NCBI GenBank assembly: GCA_963790025.1
Contig: CAWBMP010000005.1
Span: 160,001 to 224,000, forward strand
DNA: 64,000 nt
Source of the DNA: Nitrospirota bacterium
GTDB lineage: Bacteria; Nitrospirota; Thermodesulfovibrionia; Thermodesulfovibrionales; Dissulfurispiraceae
Reading direction: 5' to 3'
A program made the position numbers and the translations under genes. The notes under the pieces were generated by a model that was not told where the DNA came from, did not search any database, and saw only the letters and a list, made by a program, of their open reading frames with translations. Below are positions 40,301 to 47,380 of this stretch, piece after piece (the first letter of the stretch is position 1; each line of letters opens with the position of its first letter).

Positions 40301-42990
40301 AGATCATGGGACTAATTGCCGCAGGCGTCGAAGCGACCGTGACAGAACGACCGGGCGGCATCTTTGTGAGACCTGCAGACCAGATATCGGGTGAGGACCG
40401 TATCCTGTTCCAAACGGTCAGTCGCGCTGTCATTACCGACAGCCTTGGCCCGCTTGATGACCAGATCGACCGTCGCAGCATTGCGCCGTTGATAGTGCCG
40501 CGACTTGTGCCGACCCGGAGCCGCCGCGCGGAAATATCGACTGGATCGGCAATGCCTCGCACCGATCTTCTGTTCTTTAACGGCCATGGAGGATTCACCC
40601 CCGATGGCCGCGAGTATATAATAACTACGGCGCACGGACAGGTGACACCGGCGCCGTGGGTAAATGTGATTGCCAACCCATACTTCGGGACAGTGATTTC
40701 CGAAAGCGGAGGTGCTTACACCTGGAGCGAGAATGCCCATGAGTTCCGTCTCACCCCTTGGCAAAACGACCCGGTAAGCGATTCCGGCGGAGAAGCTTTT
40801 TACCTTCGAGATGAAGAGAGCGGTCTTTTCTGGTCCCCTTCGCCGCTGCCGTGCCGGGGGGCGGCGCATTACGTCACCCGCCACGGATTCGGCTATAGTG
40901 TCTTCGAACATACTGAGGACGGGATCAGGTCAGAGATGTGGGTCTACGTGGCAATGGATGCACCGGTCAAGTTAACGGTATTGAAGGTGAGAAACGAATC
41001 GGGCCGGTCCCACCGACTCTCAGCCACCGGGTACGTGGAATGGGTGCTTGGAGATTTGCGGACGAATACAGCGATGCATGTGAGCACCGAAATTGACCCC
41101 AAGACCGGAGCTCTTTTCGGGCGAAACCCATACAACACGGAGTTCGCCGACCGGACCGCGTTCTTCGACGTGGATGACGGGACCCGGACCGTGAGCGGCG
41201 ACCGGACAGACTTCCTTGGACGTAACGGCACACTTCGGAGCCCGGAGGCGATGACCCGCACGCGGCTTTCAGGCAGGGTGGGGGCTGCCTTGGACCCCTG
41301 TGCCGCTATACAGGTTCCCTTCGATTTGGCCGATGGGCAAGAGCGTGAGATTGTTTTTAGGCTTGGCGTAGGGAGAGACTCATCTGACACCGGCCAACTG
41401 GTACGCCGCTTCCGGGGGTCTGCAGTGGCGCGCGATGTTCTCGAAACAGTATGGCAGTACTGGAACCACACCCTCGGCGCAGTGCAGGTGGAAACACCGG
41501 ACCAGTCCGTCAATGTGCTGGCCAATGGCTGGCTTTTATACCAAACTCTGGCATGTCGTCTTTGGGCCCGGAACGGATACTACCAGCCCGGCGGAGCCTT
41601 CGGCTTCCGCGACCAGTTGCAGGACGTGATGGCGCTTATACACTCTGAACCGCGGCTTGTGCGCGAACACCTGCTCCTCTGCGCGGCCCATCAGTTCACA
41701 GAGGGAGATGTCCAGCATTGGTGGCATCCCCCATCAGGGCGCGGCGTGCGTACACATTGTTCGGACGACTTTCTCTGGTTGCCGCTGGCTGCGTGCCGCT
41801 ACGTTCTGAATACCGGAGACACGGGCGTGTTGGATGAAACTGTCCGCTTCATCACGGGTCGCCCGGTAAACATGGACGAGGACTCGTATTACGATCTTCC
41901 CCACTCGTCCGAAGAAACAGCAAGTTTGTACGATCACTGTGTGCGGGCCATTCTAAGAGGCCTCACCCGTGGCGAACACGGTTTGCCGCTCATCGGCTCG
42001 GGTGATTGGAACGACGGAATGAACATGGTGGGCGAACACGGTAAGGGTGAAAGCGTCTGGCTGGGCTTCTTCCTCCATAAAGTGCTTGTAGAATTCTGTG
42101 AGGTTGCGCGTCTGCACGGCGATCTGTCCTTCGTCAAACGTTGTCTGGAGGAAGCCGCTCAACTGCGCAGGAATATCGAAGAAAATGGCTGGGATGGCGA
42201 GTGGTATCTGCGCGCTTTCTTTGACGACGGTTCTTCACTGGGTTCGGCAAGCAATCCCGAATGTCGGCTTGATTCCATAGCGCAAAGTTGGTCTGTTCTC
42301 TCAGGCGCCGGGGATGCCGGACGCTCAACAATGGCAATGGAAGCTGTGGACAGGCTTCTCGTTCGAAGGGAACATGGCCTGGTCCAACTCCTGGACCCGC
42401 CGTTCGACAAATCGGACCTGAATCCCGGCTATATAAAGGGATACGTCCCTGGTGTAAGGGAGAATGGAGGGCAATACACGCACGCGGCGGTTTGGGCGGC
42501 GATGGCATTCGCTGCGTTAGGCGATTGCAGTCGCGCGTGGGAACTGCTGGCAATGATCAACCCTGTAAACCATGCGAGATCTCAGGGGGAAATCACAAAG
42601 TACAAAGTAGAACCGTATGTTGTCGCTGCCGATGTATATGCGGTCTCTCCGCATACCGGACGCGGTGGATGGACATGGTACACGGGATCGGCAGGCTGGA
42701 TGTACACGCTTATCCTTGAATCACTTCTCGGATTGAGGCTTGAAGGAGACAAACTGTGTTTCGCGCCGTGTCTGCCCGGGGATTGGGAGTCGTTCAAGGT
42801 ACATTACCGGTACAGGGAAACTGTCTACCACATCACCGTACGCAAATCTTGCGACGGCAGCGTGGCGAGTGTCACCGTTGATGGCGTTGAGCAACGTGCT
42901 AATGCTATTCCACTTCTTGACGACCATGCGGAGCATTCGGTCGAGGTGAGAATACCCGCCCTGGGGCAAAGAGGAGAGAATGAAACTTAA
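34303..42990 (+). CDS. ndvB: Cyclic beta-1,2-glucan synthase (Cgs/NdvB/ChvB type) with a C-terminal GH94 phosphorylase; start uncertain (34225/34297/34303)
   Basis: 'WLLDNFYLIEEQ', 'ERKRGKL', 'SHDLIEG', 'RRHRWIRGDWQ', 'SWSGSMFEYLMP'; GH94 'GFRDQLQD', 'GDWNDGMN', 'ENGGQYTH'. Confidence 0.95.
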   Translation: MPNKTILGSLPYLRASLRETDLAQKCAVCEPPLRSELFSSDQMEQHGKTLAGLHKLSPGYPPDQLLTRLADNEGILTGTRRLLMEAVTTDRRITPAGDWLLDNFYLIEEQIRMARRHLPKGYSRELPRLKGGLSAGLPRVYDIALETISHSDGRIDPGSLSRFVAAYQTVTVLKLGELWAIPIMLRLALIENLRRVGARIAADRLDRNQADYWADRISEIAGKDPKSLILVIADMARSEPLLKSAFVAEFARRLQGQGPALAMPLTWIEQRLSESSLTIDHLVQSENQQQAADQVSMSNSIGSLRFLGTMDWREFVETMSEVEQTLREDSGGTYAAMDFSTRDRYRHVVEKIAKSGRLSEGEVAAAAVRLAQGNMADKNGTRGRDDRDTHVGYYLIDKGLPQLEELANVRSSVSGFLRKVSSRFPLPLYLGAIMLMTVIVTGGLLTKAHSDGLHNSLIVITGILSLLCTSQLAVAVVNWLATLLTIPQQLPRMDFSKGIPPESRTLTIVPTMLTSAEGIEDLIEALEVRFLANRDENLHFGLLTDFQDAAEETLPEDVPLLLLLRQRIEALNEKYENAKGDTFFLFHRPRRWNARERVWMGYERKRGKLSALNALLRPTENGGTHDLSDNRFSLVVGNTAVLLNVKYVITIDTDTQLPRDSARQLVGAMAHPLNRAHYDEGEQRVVAGYGILQPRVAVSLPGTNRSRYARMYGSDPGIDPYTRAVSDVYQDIFLEGSFIGKGIYDVDAFERALGGRLPENRILSHDLIEGCYARSGLLSDVMVYEEYPCRYSADVSRRHRWIRGDWQLVRWLLPFIPGHGPGPDGQRRKNPLSPLSRWKLFDNLRRSLVPSALTLLLLLGWTVLSSPWFWTLSVIGIIFIPFLISSVLDLLKKPDGVLFGQHLTAVGHSTVRRFVQVVFTLACLPYEAFFSLDAIERTAWRMLITHKRLLEWNPSGGPDRNYSRMGGLAGVCRTMWSAPFLAVSAIVYLALSNPAALTAAAPILLFWFASPFIAWRVSLPLARSEARLRPDQIVFLQKLSRKTWAFFETLVGPEEHWLPPDNYQEHPAAVVAHRTSPTNMGLALLANLSAHDFGYISMLQLVERTTNALSTMEALERYRGHFYNWYDTRSLKPLPPKYVSTVDSGNLAAHLLTLRQGLLTLPDQALLGPRVFIGLRDTLWVLLDSAAGTRYEGDITASFAQLQNELESACNVQPTALPAVRLHLDQLAKLAEEALSGIDSLGVGPENLPENLIVWWARALAGQCRAALDELTLLAASTVRDIDEMPTLRELANTGSDVAAERITAIEKLVLQSGELSRMQYDFLFDRASHLLSIGYNVDGRRLDTSYYDLLASEARLCSFVAIAQGQLPQESWFALGRLLTNVGGEPILVSWSGSMFEYLMPLLVMPTYERTLLDETCRASVARQIEYGRKRGVPWGISESGYNTIDAQLNYQYRAFGVPGLGLKRGLADDLVIAPYASALALMVMPEEACVNLQRLAEEGYEGKFGFYEAIDYTPSRLPLRQSSAVVRSFMAHHVGMSFLSLTYLLLDRPMQKRFESDPLFQATTLLLQERVPSATGFYSQTADLSESHAVPTGAKTSVRSFSSPDTPFPQVHLLSNGRYHVMITNAGGGYSRWKDIAVTRWREDSTRDNWGAFCYIREVASGEFWSAAFQPTLKHSKNYEAIFSEGRAEFRRRDHDFDTHTEIAVSPEDDIELRRIKITNRGRTRREIEITSYAEVVLASPAADILHPAFSNLFVRTEIIDHRKAILCTRRPRSLDEHSPWMFNLMAVHGAETGEVSYETDRLRFIGRGNTVADPQAMTGSAALSGAEGSMLDPIVAIRYRVTLDPEESATINVVTGIGESRDICMGLVEKYQDRYLSDRVFELAWTHSQVLLRQINATEADAQLYGRLACAVIYANSSLRADPGVIIRNRRGQSGLWGYSISGDLPIVLLQIADPANIGLVGQLVQAHAYWRLKGLVVDLVIWNEDHAGYRQLLQDQIMGLIAAGVEATVTERPGGIFVRPADQISGEDRILFQTVSRAVITDSLGPLDDQIDRRSIAPLIVPRLVPTRSRRAEISTGSAMPRTDLLFFNGHGGFTPDGREYIITTAHGQVTPAPWVNVIANPYFGTVISESGGAYTWSENAHEFRLTPWQNDPVSDSGGEAFYLRDEESGLFWSPSPLPCRGAAHYVTRHGFGYSVFEHTEDGIRSEMWVYVAMDAPVKLTVLKVRNESGRSHRLSATGYVEWVLGDLRTNTAMHVSTEIDPKTGALFGRNPYNTEFADRTAFFDVDDGTRTVSGDRTDFLGRNGTLRSPEAMTRTRLSGRVGAALDPCAAIQVPFDLADGQEREIVFRLGVGRDSSDTGQLVRRFRGSAVARDVLETVWQYWNHTLGAVQVETPDQSVNVLANGWLLYQTLACRLWARNGYYQPGGAFGFRDQLQDVMALIHSEPRLVREHLLLCAAHQFTEGDVQHWWHPPSGRGVRTHCSDDFLWLPLAACRYVLNTGDTGVLDETVRFITGRPVNMDEDSYYDLPHSSEETASLYDHCVRAILRGLTRGEHGLPLIGSGDWNDGMNMVGEHGKGESVWLGFFLHKVLVEFCEVARLHGDLSFVKRCLEEAAQLRRNIEENGWDGEWYLRAFFDDGSSLGSASNPECRLDSIAQSWSVLSGAGDAGRSTMAMEAVDRLLVRREHGLVQLLDPPFDKSDLNPGYIKGYVPGVRENGGQYTHAAVWAAMAFAALGDCSRAWELLAMINPVNHARSQGEITKYKVEPYVVAADVYAVSPHTGRGGWTWYTGSAGWMYTLILESLLGLRLEGDKLCFAPCLPGDWESFKVHYRYRETVYHITVRKSCDGSVASVTVDGVEQRANAIPLLDDHAEHSVEVRIPALGQRGENET

Positions 42991-43393
42991 TCGTACCTTA
43001 GAAAAGGACTTTAACAGTTTCTTTCGGAACTGAACACCTCCGGCGAAATATCCGCGGTGAGGAGTGCTTGGTGAACCCTCATAGAAGATGATCGTACGCG
43101 GTCTGTCAAATCGAGTAATGGCAACTATAGCTAAATATTGCTCTATATTTTTTTGCAGAAGTTTAACCTATCCTCTTTGCTCCGTTGTTGTCGCCGCGTC
43201 TATAAAAACCTCTTATAAACAATAAACGAACTGAATAACTCTGTTCTGGAATTGTTAGCCTGTTCAAGCGGTAAAAAAATTGGGGGGGGAATTCTGAAAC
43301 AAAACGGGTTGACTTTTGTCATATGTTATTTTATCAGGAAGTAATCTCCTTCGCCATAAATATCCCCCTCTCCGTCGCAGAGGCGCGACTTCT

Positions 43394-44281
43394 TCATGTC
43401 TCAAAACCTGATAGTTTCTCCTCAGTCAATTCGTCGGTCTTGCGCTCAAGTTCTGCAATAACCTGAGCACCTAATAGAAGGATCAACGCTACAGCTTCTA
43501 CACTGAGAAGGGCAACCACTACCGTGGCGATAGAACCATAAATTAGATTTACCAAAGATAAGACTGCGTAATACCAGACCAGTATGCGCCGGGTGATCTC
43601 CCATAAAATCGTCGCGGTTATCCCGCCGATTAGTGCGTGACGAAAGGTGATACGTACGACAGGCATCACCAAATATATGGAAGTGAGCATGAGCATCTCA
43701 CCAAGTAGCCCTAATATATATAGCACGACCCTGGAAGTGCCTTCAAGACTCAAACTCCATCCAAACAGCAGCAATTCCCTCTTGTCAAGTATCTCTAATG
43801 CTCCCGCAATAAACGATACCAGCACTATACCCAGACCCATTAACAGGATATACACATAAGGAATAATTGCGGAAATGAAAAAGTTGCGGCGCTGAATCCT
43901 GACACGTTGAAAAAAAATCACGGACATAGCGTTTTCAAGCATCGAAAAGGATAACGAGCTGAAAAACAACATGCCAAGGAAACCTATAATCCCAATCACC
44001 TTGCGATGCTCAAGAAATACCCGCACCTGTTCAGTCAAAGTTGCTGCATAGCCGGGTATCACCATTTCCAGATACGTTGATAAGGTGTTAAACAACTGGT
44101 TCTCTCCTATGAAATGCGACAGCACAATGAGGGCGAGGATTGACATGGGCACAATTGACAAGAGGGTATAATAAGCTACAGCGCCGGATAACAGCAGCCC
44201 CTGATTACGTTTAAAGCCACGCAATACCCTCAGCAGGAAGCTGAAGAGCCGACCCATTGCATTTTGTTGTTTGTTTATCAT
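43394..44281 (-). CDS. YihY/virulence factor BrkB family membrane protein
   Basis: 'SGAVAYYTLLSIVP', 'IYGSIAT', 'LLGAQV'; multiple TM segments. Confidence 0.88.
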   Translation of the reverse strand: MINKQQNAMGRLFSFLLRVLRGFKRNQGLLLSGAVAYYTLLSIVPMSILALIVLSHFIGENQLFNTLSTYLEMVIPGYAATLTEQVRVFLEHRKVIGIIGFLGMLFFSSLSFSMLENAMSVIFFQRVRIQRRNFFISAIIPYVYILLMGLGIVLVSFIAGALEILDKRELLLFGWSLSLEGTSRVVLYILGLLGEMLMLTSIYLVMPVVRITFRHALIGGITATILWEITRRILVWYYAVLSLVNLIYGSIATVVVALLSVEAVALILLLGAQVIAELERKTDELTEEKLSGFET

Positions 44282-44461
44282 GGAATGAGAACTTGCACAA
44301 CCACTAAAAATTATTATGCTTTTTACAATAATCCTATCATGGCTCAGGATAAAAAAGAACAGTCACAGGGTAATGACAAGTCAAATTATCATGAAATTAT
44401 CATACCTGTTACGGAAGAGAAATCTGCAAAAGTTGTAAGTTGTTGAAAAGAAGTTGGAATC

Positions 44462-44506
44462 TGGTGCCCTCTACAAGATTCGAACTTGCGGCCCCAGGTT
44501 TAGGAA
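44462..44506 (-). repeat. Displaced 3' half of tRNA-Arg(CCT): distal att site
   Basis: tggtgccctctacaagattcgaacttgcggccccaggtttaggaa; 43/45 identical to 60458-60502. Confidence 0.92.
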
Positions 44507-44984
44507 GTCAAAATAGCACATTTTTGCAGATGGGCGTCTGGTAAGGGTTTGGGCATAACTTATTAAATTGCAAGGCGGTTTTGGGTTGACGTATTTTCCA
44601 TGTATTACCATATTTTCTGTCCTTTCAGTGGCATTCTGCTACAATTTTGCTACAGTTAGCTATTATAGCGCGTTTTAGCCTTGAGAGCGTGATTTAAACA
44701 ATTTTTATAACTGGGCCTTCTACCTACGAAATTGGCCTTTTAGCTTAACTTTCAAAGAGTTTGAACGTTATATCCTTTACGGTATTTTCTATCCTTTCAT
44801 GTGCTTTAGGATATTTTTGGTTACATTTTGGCTACAGTCAGACTCTTATTCGAGGCCGGATATCTCACAGAACCCAACGCTCCGGCGCGGCTCGATAATT
44901 ATCAAGGTTTCAAACGATAACTGTTGCTGCGATACGGCTTTCAACTCGCATACTGTGAAATCAGGGCAGTCCTAGCCATAAGTC

Positions 44985-45488
44985 TTAGTCGCTCGTCAAG
45001 TCATGTCCCGGCCAGAGCGCGGTGAGGGCAAGGGCCACCGCAATTCTCAGCGAGACCTCGACGAAGCGGTGAACTGCGATGAGCTGTGGCGCTTTTCCTC
45101 GCACGACGAGCATGACAATTGTGAGCGTGATGCCTGCGAATCTATAGGCACTCTGGTCAAGGCGTAAAATGGCGCAGATCAGCCCGAGCACAAAGATCGC
45201 CGCACCGAATACAATAATCCCCGGATCAAAATAGCTCACCATTAGCCCTCCCAGCGCAGCACCCAGTGCTGTGCCGATAAAGCGCTGCTTCGAAACTGGC
45301 CATGCGGCCCCTAGCGTTGACTGCATTACAGTGAGCGTCGCAATCGCCGCCCAGTACGACTCCGGCATGGTCAATAACTGCGCTATGGTTAAAGACGCTG
45401 TCGCTCCAACGGCTGTGCGGGCCGAGTGCAGCAGCCAGCCGTTTTTCCATAACAAGGAAAACCAATTCGTTGGATTTAGCCTCGCCAT
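44985..45488 (-). CDS. FUSC / aromatic acid exporter family membrane protein
   Basis: 'ESYWAAIATLTVMQSTLG...QRFIGTALGA'; 'HRFVEVS'; SD aaggag. Confidence 0.85.
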   Translation of the reverse strand: MARLNPTNWFSLLWKNGWLLHSARTAVGATASLTIAQLLTMPESYWAAIATLTVMQSTLGAAWPVSKQRFIGTALGAALGGLMVSYFDPGIIVFGAAIFVLGLICAILRLDQSAYRFAGITLTIVMLVVRGKAPQLIAVHRFVEVSLRIAVALALTALWPGHDLTSD

Positions 45489-45799
45489 ACATTCTCCTTT
45501 GAACAGCCCAGTTACTTTCATTAGAACTCATACTATGGAGAATTATAGCAGGATTTGAAAATGCGGACTAATCATAAAAAGGGTCTCTTGTTACCTGTGA
45601 GATGAAACCTAGAATCAACGGGCATTGCACCTTAACTATGAATTATCGGTTTCCGAATAAAGATATTACTCATTCGAGATTCGATGGCCACTCTTTTTAA
45701 CGTTTTAAAAAAACATTCAGGAATTCCGACGCGACTTGCTCACAGAAGTCGAAAGTGCGCCGGACTTTACGAAATGTGACAGTTTTTAGCGGAAATCGA

Positions 45800-45854
45800 G
45801 GCTATCGGACAGCTGTCAGCGTGTTCTCGCGTCCGCTGGAGCGGCTTGTTCGGC
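45800..45854 (-). repeat. Degenerate attC-like site
   Basis: Minus strand: GCCGAAC-aagcc-GCTCCAGC...GCTGACAG...GATAGCC. Confidence 0.55.
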
Positions 45855-46442
45855 GGAACCATGTCCTACTGGAGCCTGCAAAAGCTGTAGCCTTGTTGCC
45901 CGTTGCAGGAACTCGCTGGTAAGCCGCTCCAAGAAGACTGAGCACTTCCAATTTAGCTCCTCAACCTGCTTCCTGGCGGCAGGACAAACTTCAGACGATG
46001 TTTTCGCATCTTGCACGGCACGATGTACCGAGACGAACTTGTAGTGAAGACTCTTGGGGTGGTCCCCGGCATTATCGTCGCGATAATCAAGGAAGAGGTT
46101 GGCCTGATTTTCATTGACCAACAGGCGGATTTTGTTTCGATTGCGCCAGAAGCTTGAATTCCACTCAACTACTGATATGAAATACTGCTTTTCGCACTTG
46201 AGCACCTTCTCCTCGTGACCTTCCTCAATTGCCTGCAGATATCTCTGAAGCAGAAAGAAGCGCTTTCCGATTTGTCCTGAGAGTGCGTCAAGGAACGCAA
46301 CTCCCTCGTCATACCGCGCCTTATAGAGCGAATGTTCCGTCTAGAATTTCCAGGAACGCTTCTTGAGAAAGAAACCCAAGACACCGCCAAGTACTGTGGT
46401 GAGAAAAAAACCGAGAATCAACAGTAATGTTTTTTCAGCCAT
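45816..46442 (-). pseudogene. 208-codon membrane-anchored hypothetical gene interrupted by an in-frame TAG (46341-46343)
   Basis: MAEKTLLLILGFFLTTVLGGVLGFFLKKRSWKF*TEHSLYKARYDEG... continues in frame into ORF 45816..46205. Confidence 0.75.
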
Positions 46443-46465
46443 ACTCCAGCTTCCTCTGCTCCGCC

Positions 46466-46563
46466 TTCGAACGCAATGCTTGACCTGCCTTGTGGACACA
46501 ACCGGAATGGGCTTCGCAATTCGCAGTTAGCTCCTCAAGGTCAGGTTAATGCGACGTTTCGAC
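46466..46563 (-). repeat. Degenerate attC-like site
   Basis: Minus strand: GTCGAAAC...GCATTAACCTGACCTTGAGGA...TCCACAAGGCAGGTCAAGC-attgc-GTTCGAA, 23 nt before an ATG. Confidence 0.6.
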
Positions 46564-46611
46564 TTTTTTAAATATTTCTTCCTCAACTATTCTTGTGGCT
46601 TCGAGGATATA

Positions 46612-46665
46612 AAATAGGGACATCAACCATTTTTGTGACACTAAAATTGATCGCTGTCCCTATTT
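46612..46665. repeat. REP-like inverted doublet (GGGACA class)
   Basis: AAATAGGGACA...TGTCCCTATTT perfect 11-bp ends with partial internal pairing. Confidence 0.7.
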
Positions 46666-46672
46666 ATTGTAA

Positions 46673-47260
46673 TTACTTATTCATATTCAATAGGTCCTTA
46701 ATTCTTCCTTCCAGAAAACTCGGTTCTGGAAAAAGAGCCGTTGAATATAGCCAGTCCTTGCGTTTCCCAACTTGCAGAAGACCCGCCGTTGGCTTGTATT
46801 CTCTAGCATGGACGACGTCAATAGATTCTATAGGCTGCACCCATTGAACGATTCTACCGGATGTCCTTGTTCTCTCGTCGTCCAAAACACAAAAGAGACT
46901 TCGTGTGCTCGCAACCAACCAAGTGCGCTGTTTTGCAGTAGAGAAAATCAAAACCTGTCCCACAAAGGTCTCACCATTAGAAAGAAGTCCCAGCGAGCTA
47001 ATGACGTTCCTGATACCTTCTTCAGTCAAGAAGCCGCCGGGACCTATGATTTCAAGTTCCTTCTTGACTTCATTTGGAGCATCAATGGGTTCAGAAGCAG
47101 GCCGCTGAAACTCGGCCTCGGTGTCACCAATCTTAAGTTTAGCCAATCTCTCTATCAGACTGGAGATCTGGTTTCTAAACAGGTAAAGTCCAATGAGAAC
47201 CACCGATGGCCACAAAAGAGCCTTTATGAGATCAAGCCAGAGTTCGAGAGGTGATTTCAT
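46673..47260 (-). CDS. Hypothetical protein: N-terminal 'WP' membrane anchor + possible PH-like domain
   Basis: 'LLWPSVVLIGLYLFRNQISSLIERLAKLKIG..EAEF'; beta-rich 'QRTWLVASTRSLFCVLDD'. Confidence 0.75.
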   Translation of the reverse strand: MKSPLELWLDLIKALLWPSVVLIGLYLFRNQISSLIERLAKLKIGDTEAEFQRPASEPIDAPNEVKKELEIIGPGGFLTEEGIRNVISSLGLLSNGETFVGQVLIFSTAKQRTWLVASTRSLFCVLDDERTRTSGRIVQWVQPIESIDVVHAREYKPTAGLLQVGKRKDWLYSTALFPEPSFLEGRIKDLLNMNK

Positions 47261-47271
47261 CTTTCCCCTTG

Positions 47272-47346
47272 CGTTGACAATACTATTTGCTGGTTTCTCG
47301 CTATTTTACAGAAAGCCGCAAGCTTTGACAAGTATCGTTGTTAGCC
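47272..47346 (-). repeat. Degenerate attC-like imperfect palindrome
   Basis: Minus strand: GGCTAAC...TTGCGGCTTTCT...AGAAACCAGCAA...GTCAACG, 11 nt before an ATG. Confidence 0.4.
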
Positions 47347-47380
47347 TCCCGTTGCCTCTATAAATGCACACGGAGAAGAA

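Noticed and set aside
34411..42969. Many overlapping ORFs inside cgs and other long genes
   Set aside because: Expected shadow ORFs of GC-rich coding DNA, with no recognisable motifs
43282..43289. Poly-G phase-variation tract
   Set aside because: Only 8 G, between convergent genes, with no evident target
46169..46390. 73-aa ORF
   Set aside because: It is an alternate frame overlapping the amber-interrupted gene
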